Sequence record: LC768500.1
Length of the DNA stretch: 64,000 nt
Reading direction: 5' to 3' (one strand)
Source of the DNA: Klebsiella phage phiKp_32
Below the pieces are notes generated by a model that worked only from the letters and a program-made list of their open reading frames with translations, did no database searches and had not been told where the DNA came from. This document shows, in pieces, positions 29,225 to 37,896 of the stretch. Numbering within the stretch: position 1 is the stretch's first letter; the number at the start of each line of letters is the position of its first letter. Position numbers and translations under genes: made by a program.

Positions 29225-29535
29225 AGATTTATGCTGTAGTTAGTAAGGAAACTGATAATGTGATCGCTCAGTTTCTCGATCACGGGACGGAGAAAGTCAA
29301 GTTCAACGGGATCAAATTGGGGATCTTGGATCAACAGGTTCATCCAGATGAAAGAGAACTGCTGAAAGTCGTAGAGGTTTATCTTTCATCTTCAAAGGGA
29401 AAGATGGATCAGACGAAACAACTCGATTCCGACACGTTTATTGTTGAGAGCCTCAGTTATTATGAGGAGGTTGATTTTGTCTATCTATCTCGTAACCCTG
29501 AGCGTGACATCGCTCTGTGCACACCAAAGGAATAA
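29221..29535 (+). CDS. Hypothetical protein (104 aa)
   Basis: ORF with an ATGA overlap. Confidence 0.5.
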   Translation: MKIYAVVSKETDNVIAQFLDHGTEKVKFNGIKLGILDQQVHPDERELLKVVEVYLSSSKGKMDQTKQLDSDTFIVESLSYYEEVDFVYLSRNPERDIALCTPKE

Positions 29536-29537
29536 CG

Positions 29538-29903
29538 ATGCCCGAGATTGTAACCGCTTTTAGTGCTTGGGAATCGAAGTTCGTTTCCAGTTTAAATGAA
29601 ATGGAAAATTTTCTGAAGACTCCGCCCGAACACACCAAAATCGAATCGACGATCAAAGGGACCAAACACGGTGTTTGGATTACGTTACTTTATTTCAAAG
29701 ACCGGGACGTTGTTCTAGGTAGAAGTTTCTCTATCACCAAGTGTCCCATCTACGTTGCGAATAACGTTGTGAGAACCAAACTGATTCGTCATATCGCGGA
29801 CCGTGGATTAGAGTCAATTGTTTCGATGACTCGGTGGGGCAATATCTTAGGAATGAGTTCCGCTACCACCATCCGTTCTTTTAAAGAAGTTAAAACTCAA
29901 TAA
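29538..29903 (+). CDS. Hypothetical protein (about 121 aa)
   Basis: Start refined to ATG 29538 (aaggaataacgATG). Confidence 0.5.
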   Translation: MPEIVTAFSAWESKFVSSLNEMENFLKTPPEHTKIESTIKGTKHGVWITLLYFKDRDVVLGRSFSITKCPIYVANNVVRTKLIRHIADRGLESIVSMTRWGNILGMSSATTIRSFKEVKTQ

Positions 29904-29934
29904 CCTTTCAATACCTTTATTTAGGAAAAATATC

Positions 29935-30462
29935 ATGGGCAAACATTTTGCAGAAGATTTTAAATTAATGCTAGATCTTCACCAGCGCGTACCAGTTGAA
30001 GTGCTCAGGACCTCAGACCAGGTTAAAGCCGCAGTTAAGGTTATCGTAGACACTGTGTCTAAAATCAACGAAGCTCACCCTAGCAAACTCTTACAATCAG
30101 GGTTTGTTATCACGGGATCTCATATTGCAAAAAATACTGATTTTGTTATTGAGCAAACCGAGCTTAAGTTAGTATTATCAGAAATAGTGAGTTCTTCTTG
30201 TTACCGTGTAAAGATTGATCTGGTGAACACGAAAAATGACCGTCCTTCCGCGGCGGACCACCACATCCTATCCGAAGCTATTTTACTAGCTTCAGATATT
30301 TATGCGGTCTCCCCCTCTGGGGTTAGAGTGAATGATAAACATACCCCCAACCTATGTTTAGCAAATCATTTACAAGAAAGTTTTAAAATGTATTCTTGCG
30401 AAGCTTTCGTTAATATCAACCCCTACGCGATAGACATCCTCTTCCCTATCGTTTCATTATAA
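29935..30462 (+). CDS. Hypothetical protein (175 aa)
   Basis: ORF with the tttaggaaaaatatcATG start context. Confidence 0.55.
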   Translation: MGKHFAEDFKLMLDLHQRVPVEVLRTSDQVKAAVKVIVDTVSKINEAHPSKLLQSGFVITGSHIAKNTDFVIEQTELKLVLSEIVSSSCYRVKIDLVNTKNDRPSAADHHILSEAILLASDIYAVSPSGVRVNDKHTPNLCLANHLQESFKMYSCEAFVNINPYAIDILFPIVSL

Positions 30463-30502
30463 TCAAAAATCTCCGTACCCTACCTAAATAAGGATGAATA
30501 AA

Positions 30503-30847
30503 ATGAGCACATTTCTGTTAGTTGTATCTGGCTGGTTCGCTCTGTCTGTTATCTGTGTCGCTGGCTACTCCTTCGTAAGAGAGGGGTGGAAAAAAGAAGA
30601 TCTCTCTTGGTCGGAGTTTATTAAACAAAGCACGATCTCCGCTAACGTCATTAAAGATAAAGCGGCTCATAAACCTCACGATGTGACGTTGGCTGATTTC
30701 TTAAGCTCCGAAGAAGTTAAACCTTGGTTAAAAGGTTTTGACTACGACGTTGAAGAGAAAACCGGTTCTTACGTTATTACGTTGAGAACCCCGTCTCACG
30801 CAAGAGATTTCCTGCTACCACGACAGCTCTTTCCTAATGCCGCATAA
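30503..30847 (+). CDS. Hypothetical membrane-anchored protein (about 114 aa)
   Basis: N-terminal TM segment. ATG 30503 preferred for RBS spacing. Confidence 0.5.
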   Translation: MSTFLLVVSGWFALSVICVAGYSFVREGWKKEDLSWSEFIKQSTISANVIKDKAAHKPHDVTLADFLSSEEVKPWLKGFDYDVEEKTGSYVITLRTPSHARDFLLPRQLFPNAA

Positions 30848-30850
30848 AAC

Positions 30851-30905
30851 AGTATAGTCCATCCCCTAGGGGATGGACTATACTCAACATTTCATTTTTT
30901 TTTTT
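30851..30905 (+). terminator. Strong rho-independent terminator
   Basis: Perfect 16-bp palindrome agtatagtccatcccc/ggggatggactatact, followed by a T11 run. Confidence 0.8.
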
Positions 30906-30997
30906 CACTAACGAATTTTATGCTTTGAAGACCGAGTATGTGGGACGCCGCATAAACGTAATCATACATGTATGCTTATTGGTGAAAAGAGGACATT

Positions 30998-33136
30998 ATG
31001 ACCACACCTACCCAATTACCGATTCCCAGCAATAACTTGCTGGATTCGAGATTTAACTTTGAAAAGCTCGATCAGATTGTTAATAGCGACGCGAACTATT
31101 ACCTTGATCGATTTGGTAAACAACGACTCACCTCGGCCGGATTGGAAGATTTAGCCAGACGATTATCTGAAGATTATGAATCCACCCTATCTAATCAGGA
31201 TGGGTATAAGAAAATGGGGATGGTGTCTGATTTTACTACTCTCAGAACTATCGCCCCAACAATGGAAGGTCAGCGCATTCTACTCAGGTCGGTCGACGCT
31301 GGTTCGAATAATGGATCGGGAGAGTTTATAGGACATTTAGGGAACGGTGGGGTTGACGACGGGGTTAATGTCGCGGTGGGATCCAACTTCTATTGGGAGA
31401 GACTTTCGACTGATTTTGTTAAATCTTCTTCTATAGGTGATTACGCCCGGATTAACTCCTTTATTTCAGCCGGAAATAAGAAGATCACTGTCGATGCCGA
31501 TCTCAGCGGGTGGCTTAACGTCAAAAGTAACACCACGATAACTTTTAACCCATTGTGTCGGCTGATACCTGATACCGATGACAAAGTAGGTATAAGTATT
31601 AGAGGAGCCGCCCCAACCTCCTATGTTAATCTAGCTACTGATGCATTAGGGATAGATGGCTCAATTACCACCACTAATGACGTTTTTAACATTGGCGATT
31701 GGTTGGAAATTAGATCCAACAAAATTCTTCCCGGCGCGAATTTTTATCAGGTTAAGCAATCTGTTTTACGCAAAGTGCTTCGTAAAACACAAAATGGAAA
31801 TGGAACTTGGACATACCGTCTCCACAGTAGTTTAGGTTATAACTTTAACGTCAGCGACGGTGCTTCCGCTGGGGTTGCGACAGTATTGGAAAATATTGTT
31901 ATCGATGGGGCTAACTTAAATAAAGACAATTTCACCAATATCTTCACCATAGGGATAAACTGTTATTACGTTTATAACCTCACTATAAAAAATATCAACC
32001 TATTCGGAACAAAAGTAAAGGATTCTGCCTCAGACACTCCAGGAAGATCCGGAATAAAACTGTATAATTGCGTTAACGTTAGAATCGATAATGTGAACGC
32101 CTCTTATATAGGGTGGTATGGTGTAGAGGTTATGGGATGCAGTGAAAACGTAGATGTAAATCGTTTATACGGCGTGGATTGTCGACATACCGTTTCCATG
32201 AACTGGATCGAATCTGGTGACCTTTATGGCGGACCTATGTGGGTTTCGGTAAGGAACTCAGCAAGTCACGCTGCAAGATTAAGTGGGTTTGACACTCATG
32301 ATCTAGGAAAGGGGATCGCATTTATTAATTGTCAGAGCTTCGATTCCGGCGACGATGGATTCCAAGTAAGGGCGATGGACACCGTTCTAATCGATTGTCA
32401 TGCTGAAGGATCGACACTTGATGGGTTCGGCGGAGCTACTGGCGCAAAGAACAGCAAATTAGTAAACTGTTCTTTCAACTACAACGTCAGATACGGAATT
32501 AACTTAGGTTATGAAGGTGGTATTGTTATCGACTGTGACGTCGATAATAACGGTTACATGGGGATTTGTACCATCGGCGGACTTATCCAAGGAGGCTCGG
32601 TCACCAATAATTATCCGGCTGCTATCGATATAGGTGCCGGATTTAATGCCGCCCAAACCGATCTCAAAATCGATGGTGTTAGAATGCCCTCTTCGACCGC
32701 CCAGACAAAAATTTTGAGTTTTGCTGGTGACGCGGTAGCCGCTAACAACAAACCTGAGCTGGTCAGAATGGAAAATTGTTACGTTCCTGGTTACGGAAGA
32801 GATTGGGCCCGACTGGTATCGTTCACCGTCCAACCTTTACCTCCGGTGCTTAATAATAATCTACTTACTTCCAGCTTAACCTCCCCTGGAAAAATAAGCG
32901 GGCAAGTCCAATTATCTGCAGGGACGGCCACGGTAACAACCACAGAGGTTTTCTCACAACTTGGTAGCGGCGCAAATGTTTTAAAATACTCATCGCAGAT
33001 TAAGTTGAAACCTATCGCTCGTTCTGCCAATATAGGCGCTCATTATGTTTCAGCAATCAACAACGGGACGTCCTTTGTAATCAATTCAACCAATTCCTCG
33101 GATGGCTCGACCATTTATTGGGAAATAACACTTTAA
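30998..33136 (+). CDS. Tailspike/tail-fibre paralogue 1 (beta-helix, putative depolymerase)
   Basis: Shared N-terminal motif MTTPTQLPIPS...FNFEKLDQIVNSD..YLDRFGKQRLT. Body has repeated xxNC/xxDC beta-helix rungs (VIDCDVDNNG, FINCQSFDSG). Confidence 0.75.
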   Translation: MTTPTQLPIPSNNLLDSRFNFEKLDQIVNSDANYYLDRFGKQRLTSAGLEDLARRLSEDYESTLSNQDGYKKMGMVSDFTTLRTIAPTMEGQRILLRSVDAGSNNGSGEFIGHLGNGGVDDGVNVAVGSNFYWERLSTDFVKSSSIGDYARINSFISAGNKKITVDADLSGWLNVKSNTTITFNPLCRLIPDTDDKVGISIRGAAPTSYVNLATDALGIDGSITTTNDVFNIGDWLEIRSNKILPGANFYQVKQSVLRKVLRKTQNGNGTWTYRLHSSLGYNFNVSDGASAGVATVLENIVIDGANLNKDNFTNIFTIGINCYYVYNLTIKNINLFGTKVKDSASDTPGRSGIKLYNCVNVRIDNVNASYIGWYGVEVMGCSENVDVNRLYGVDCRHTVSMNWIESGDLYGGPMWVSVRNSASHAARLSGFDTHDLGKGIAFINCQSFDSGDDGFQVRAMDTVLIDCHAEGSTLDGFGGATGAKNSKLVNCSFNYNVRYGINLGYEGGIVIDCDVDNNGYMGICTIGGLIQGGSVTNNYPAAIDIGAGFNAAQTDLKIDGVRMPSSTAQTKILSFAGDAVAANNKPELVRMENCYVPGYGRDWARLVSFTVQPLPPVLNNNLLTSSLTSPGKISGQVQLSAGTATVTTTEVFSQLGSGANVLKYSSQIKLKPIARSANIGAHYVSAINNGTSFVINSTNSSDGSTIYWEITL

Positions 33137-33194
33137 CCTTTGCTGGATGGTGATTGGTCGACGCCGGTCTAAAACTAATTTGTTAGGATCATTT

Positions 33195-33228
33195 AAAATC
33201 CAACCGGTCTTAAGACCGGTTGGATTTT
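33195..33228 (+). terminator. Stem-loop terminator between tailspike genes
   Basis: aaaatccaaccggtc-ttaa-gaccggttggatttt. Confidence 0.6.
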
Positions 33229-33270
33229 ATGCTTACCGATATTTCAACCTTCCTGACCCGAGGAATAGCA

Positions 33271-35502
33271 ATGACTTTACCAACGCAAAAACCTATTCCG
33301 AGTTCATCCATAACTGATCAATTATTTAATGCCGAAAAGATAGATCAGGTTGTTAACTCGGATGAACTAGAATATTCCGATCGTTTCGGAAAGAAACGAT
33401 TCACCTTTTCAGGATTATACAACGTTGTGCAGAATTGGATCAGCAGTTTGGGTTCCAGTTCAGGGGCGTCAGCCGTAGGTCTTAGCCAGGGCGGGACGGT
33501 TCAGGCCGGCCTCTATAACGTTGTTAATGTCGAACAATTTGCTTATCTCAATATTTCAGATGATGATTGGGGTCCGGCTTTTAGAGGGGCCAGGGATAAA
33601 GCAATTGAGATATCGGCTCCGGCGGTTACTTTTAAAGGTCACTACAAAATAAAAGTAAGCTCCGGCCCGACCACTCACACCCTGCCTTTCGACGACGGAA
33701 CTTACGATACAAGAAGAACTGGCGAAGTTCTACTTTCTCCAGAAACCTTGAACACAATGCCTGTGGGATTGGAATGGCCTTCCGGACTCTCCCTGAAATC
33801 AGAAGGGATCGGAAACAACTCAATTACTTTTGATTGGGATAATACCACTGTTGGGTTGTCTCAGGGGATTGGGATCTGTATCAGGGTCAGAAACTGGGAC
33901 GGAACTTATCTTGCTAAGGCCGGCTCAGTTAATCGCATGAATAGCGATATAGCCAATGTGGAGTTTGATGGGTTTAGCGTAAATAACGCCTTTATCGGAA
34001 TACTGGCTGATGGTATCGTGGGATCGGTCAGTTGGGGCAGCCTCCAGTTTAAGAAATGTTTCTTACCTATGACTTGGCAGGGCGCCGACAGATGCACGAT
34101 TAAGAAACTGAGATTTACAGATTGTCCGACTGGATTCTCGGTAGGTGGATGGTGGTTGACCCGTAACGACATCTCAGGATCCAATACCGGGCTGGGGGTT
34201 CCGCCTTATGTTGCTGGAACCGACGTGTACTGCATCGGCTGGATGGACTTCGTTAAAATTGAATCTCTGGAGTATTCTAATAGTACTTCGTTTGACAATT
34301 CCCCGTTGTTTGCCGCGGTAGATACTTTCTTCGACACCTATTTCTACAAAAGCGCGAACAGCGCTAGAACTGCTAGTGGTGGTCGATGCACTAATACAGG
34401 TCCTAACCTAACTAGCGCGAGTACGTTAGCGGCAGATTCTCCGTTCTTAGGTATCGCCGGGCGTGCTCACTCACAAATGGGGCGTTACCACCGAAATCAC
34501 ATCTTGAATGAAATTATTTCTCTCAAGACCTGGGGATGTTTCAGGGCATCGGTCCTTACCACGGCTAATGGAAACTCGGAGCTCAATGTCCCGGGGTGCA
34601 TAGTGGGTACCGCGTACATCGAACAGGCCTGTAAGGTCACGGTTGGCGGTGACGCCACGGTGGGGGGAAGTAATGACTTCGTTACATCAGGTAAAGATGT
34701 TTGGAAAGGGACAAAAACTTATTCTAAGTATTATGCTGGTGAAGGATCCGTAATCGTTAAAGATGGATGGTCTGTTAATAGTTTGGGTTTGTTCCCGTCG
34801 GCGCGGACTGTTGCAAGAAACGATAACGGGTATAATAACAGACTAAGAAGGACAATTGTCGACGATGGTACAGGGAAACCGGTCATACTCGAACAGCTTT
34901 CTGAAACGGTCTATGCGACCCCTCCTCAGAAATTTATTCCCAACGCCGTCGGTTCAGTGGACGATAAGTATTACTGGGTTCAGTTTGAGAAGAACGTTTC
35001 TTCAAAGGCCGCTCTTTATTCTGGTGTTCCGACAACGGCTGCGCAAACACCTATAACAGCTCCGGCGATTAAAGTAATAATGGAACGCCTAGGTAACCGA
35101 GTTAAATTAAAAATTAATTTGGATGCGTCAAATTATGCAGCTGGCGGCAGTAATCCGGTGGTAATCGGATTTACTGGGATTTATAAGCCCATTATTGCTA
35201 CGAGTTCCGATTATGCCCTCGGCGCATACGGCCCGGTGAGACCCATAATGGTCAGCACCAAAACATTTACGGTTACTGATTCTACTTCAGTGAGCCGGAC
35301 GTTTAGGATCGAGCCGGTAGCGCATCAAGCTGGGGTGTTCACTGATGGCGCCGGGGTTAATAACTACTACTTTGTTTTGCTCACCCAGCATCATACTTCT
35401 GACACTAATAGACTGTTGTGGTCGGATTTCACCGGTTCGTTATGTCAGATAGAAATAGAATATGATACGAATGACACTATCACTTCATCCAGCGTATTTT
35501 AA
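33271..35502 (+). CDS. Tailspike paralogue 2
   Basis: Start refined to ATG 33271 (MTLPTQKPIPS...FNAEKIDQVVNSD..YSDRFGKKRFT). The tracked TTG extension lies inside the terminator. Confidence 0.75.
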   Translation: MTLPTQKPIPSSSITDQLFNAEKIDQVVNSDELEYSDRFGKKRFTFSGLYNVVQNWISSLGSSSGASAVGLSQGGTVQAGLYNVVNVEQFAYLNISDDDWGPAFRGARDKAIEISAPAVTFKGHYKIKVSSGPTTHTLPFDDGTYDTRRTGEVLLSPETLNTMPVGLEWPSGLSLKSEGIGNNSITFDWDNTTVGLSQGIGICIRVRNWDGTYLAKAGSVNRMNSDIANVEFDGFSVNNAFIGILADGIVGSVSWGSLQFKKCFLPMTWQGADRCTIKKLRFTDCPTGFSVGGWWLTRNDISGSNTGLGVPPYVAGTDVYCIGWMDFVKIESLEYSNSTSFDNSPLFAAVDTFFDTYFYKSANSARTASGGRCTNTGPNLTSASTLAADSPFLGIAGRAHSQMGRYHRNHILNEIISLKTWGCFRASVLTTANGNSELNVPGCIVGTAYIEQACKVTVGGDATVGGSNDFVTSGKDVWKGTKTYSKYYAGEGSVIVKDGWSVNSLGLFPSARTVARNDNGYNNRLRRTIVDDGTGKPVILEQLSETVYATPPQKFIPNAVGSVDDKYYWVQFEKNVSSKAALYSGVPTTAAQTPITAPAIKVIMERLGNRVKLKINLDASNYAAGGSNPVVIGFTGIYKPIIATSSDYALGAYGPVRPIMVSTKTFTVTDSTSVSRTFRIEPVAHQAGVFTDGAGVNNYYFVLLTQHHTSDTNRLLWSDFTGSLCQIEIEYDTNDTITSSSVF

Positions 35503-35517
35503 CATTTAAGGTGTGAT

Positions 35518-37704
35518 ATGACACTCCCAACACAAAACGCCGTTCCTAGTTCAGCTAAGAACGACCAGCTCTTTAATGCTGAGAAGATAGACCAGGTCGT
35601 TAATAGCGACGACCTCCAATATACTGACCGTTTCGGTAAGAAGCGATTTACTTTTACCGGGCTTTACAATATCATCCAGAATTGGATGGGTGGCATTAGT
35701 GGGCTCACCGGAGCAAACAACGTAGGGACGTTATCTGGTCTGTCCGTTCAGTCCGAATTGATTGGAGTACAGTCGGTAGAAGCTTTGCGATCACTTGAAC
35801 CGACTTATACGGATCAGAGAGTAAAGGTTTTGAGATCATCCCCCACCGGGGTTATTTTGAATCACGACGTTTACTATGATTCATCCGATAAAACTTCATC
35901 GGATAACGGATACTCGGTCTTTGTTACTCCCAATGGGAATAGGTGGAAGACCGATATTACCAACGGGTATAACCCATTATTTTTAATAGGGCAGGAAGGG
36001 TACACTGACATATCGTCTGCGATTAACAAAATCGCCTATGATCTGGCGGTACGGTGGGGTAATAATAAAGGCGTAATAGACTTCTGCACCACTATAAGGA
36101 TTCCGGGTAAGTTATTTGGTCAAACACGATATAACGTGACCGGACCTATCCATATCCCGTCGTTCGTTTCCCTAAGCATGGACGTTGACACATACTTTGA
36201 TTACTATACCGTGACTAACACAGACGGGATTATTATCGATAATAGTTATTTCCCGATGCTGTTAGACTCGGCGTACGATCCGTCTACTGCAGCCAGACCA
36301 AGATCAGTCCTATTATGGGAAGCGTCCAGAGAAGTCTTTATTGGCGGGAGACTCATCTTAACCCACCCTATAGGGTCGTCAAGAACATCTAATACCGGAA
36401 TAACGATAGGGAATACCGCTAGCGGATTCATAGATGTCAGAGGGTGTAATTTAAACAATTTTGAATGTTTTGGATTTTATTTCGGGATAAAAATAAATCC
36501 AATTGATGTTTATATCAACTCATTCTCCCGATTCCATTTAGGCCGCAACTATAACGCTGTTGCGGTTTTAGGAGATACAAAGACTAACGCCGGGGAAAAA
36601 TTTAATTTCAGTAACGCCACGATCTCCGATTCAGATTCCGACTTAATTTACATTGAGAATAACGGATTTGAATTGTTCTTTTCTGACGTGTCCTTAGACT
36701 ATCCAACAGGTGATCTAGTAAAAATCACCAAACTCGGTAATGCTTACGTCTCTTTCAATCAGTGCCATATTGAAGGCGTCCAGGGCATGTTAGTGAATGT
36801 AACAGGTTCTACTCTTTTTCCAAAATACGGAAAGAGAATCGTATTTTCGAATTGCATGATTGATATTTCTTCAGGGCAAAGTACCTGGAACAGAACTTGG
36901 TTCTTCTCCTCAACCATCAATACTTTCGTAATGGTGGATAAAACAACCAGGTTCTGGCCATCGACCGCTACGCTCAATTCGAGTAAAACCGCGTATCATT
37001 CTCTTATTAATAACGGTTCTCCAGCAAATAACGCCATTACTTTAGATTACCAATTATCAGACGAAGACCTTATTGACGCATCTACCTTTGTCCTGGGTCA
37101 GTTTAAGCCGGTAGGTGTCAACAAGAGGGTTATAAGTACCAATTCTTATTCCGGTACCGTCGGGAACGCCTACACTGGAGGGAGTTCTTCCACTGATTCT
37201 TGGGGTTGGTATATAGTCAACGGATCGTGGACTTATGCTTCAGCCGATGCATCCGATGGCGATGGTTTGCAGGCGATTTCTTTAACCTCGGACGATGCGA
37301 CTAAAAGCTTTTTCGTAATGTGTTCGCTACCGTGGAACACATTACCTCAAGAGAAATTTAGAGCGCTGGGCGCCATTAAGGTGTATAGCGGGTATACCGG
37401 CTCGGTAAACGTTTCTTGTCTAGTCGAGGCTCATAGTTTGCTGACAATGAACAGTACAGCAGTGGCCGATAATGTGATAGCGACTACTTACAGTCCGGCG
37501 GTAGATGTAGCGGCATTGGCCGCTGCGAATTCCAGGGTCGGTATGTTCCAAGGTTTCTGCACGCAAGCGGCCCAGGTTAACTCATATAGTAATTCTACTC
37601 ACCCGTTACAATTTGTTAGAGTAGGGTTTAAAATAACTGGATTCACTGGAACGATTGAATTGAAGTTACCGACGGTAACCAGTCATAGACTGCTGACAGC
37701 TTAA
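35518..37704 (+). CDS. Tailspike paralogue 3
   Basis: MTLPTQNAVPS...FNAEKIDQVVNSD..YTDRFGKKRFT. Beta-helix-like body. Confidence 0.75.
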   Translation: MTLPTQNAVPSSAKNDQLFNAEKIDQVVNSDDLQYTDRFGKKRFTFTGLYNIIQNWMGGISGLTGANNVGTLSGLSVQSELIGVQSVEALRSLEPTYTDQRVKVLRSSPTGVILNHDVYYDSSDKTSSDNGYSVFVTPNGNRWKTDITNGYNPLFLIGQEGYTDISSAINKIAYDLAVRWGNNKGVIDFCTTIRIPGKLFGQTRYNVTGPIHIPSFVSLSMDVDTYFDYYTVTNTDGIIIDNSYFPMLLDSAYDPSTAARPRSVLLWEASREVFIGGRLILTHPIGSSRTSNTGITIGNTASGFIDVRGCNLNNFECFGFYFGIKINPIDVYINSFSRFHLGRNYNAVAVLGDTKTNAGEKFNFSNATISDSDSDLIYIENNGFELFFSDVSLDYPTGDLVKITKLGNAYVSFNQCHIEGVQGMLVNVTGSTLFPKYGKRIVFSNCMIDISSGQSTWNRTWFFSSTINTFVMVDKTTRFWPSTATLNSSKTAYHSLINNGSPANNAITLDYQLSDEDLIDASTFVLGQFKPVGVNKRVISTNSYSGTVGNAYTGGSSSTDSWGWYIVNGSWTYASADASDGDGLQAISLTSDDATKSFFVMCSLPWNTLPQEKFRALGAIKVYSGYTGSVNVSCLVEAHSLLTMNSTAVADNVIATTYSPAVDVAALAAANSRVGMFQGFCTQAAQVNSYSNSTHPLQFVRVGFKITGFTGTIELKLPTVTSHRLLTA

Positions 37705-37765
37705 TCGGCCGCTGGTAGATCGTTTCTTATTCTGGTTAGCCGGCGTCTTCTTCCGTTTACTAGGT

Positions 37766-37789
37766 TATCGGGCTTTTAAAGGCCCGATA
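37766..37789 (+). terminator. Possible terminator hairpin
   Basis: ttatcgggc-ttttaaag-gcccgataa-like stem. Confidence 0.4.
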
Positions 37790-37856
37790 GTTATAATTGA
37801 TGGACGGGTGTAGCGACCGAATCTCTTTAGTCATTTTGGTATTTCAATCATTAATC

Positions 37857-37885
37857 TAACACCCCGTGTTCAACACGGGGTGTTA
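37857..37885 (+). promoter_or_regulatory. 12-bp hairpin immediately upstream of the RBS of the next tailspike gene
   Basis: taacaccccgtg-ttcaa-cacggggtgtta, then aggag and ATG 37897. Confidence 0.45.
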
Positions 37886-37896
37886 GGAGTCTTTCA

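Noticed and set aside
33220-33270. Upstream extensions proposed by the ORF track: a TTG at 33220, an alternative start at 10215, GTG at 13102, 2393, TTG at 58449, 26764 and 56742.
   Set aside because: These extensions run through terminator hairpins or ignore the conserved anchor or start motifs. Internal ATGs with proper RBS and start context were preferred.
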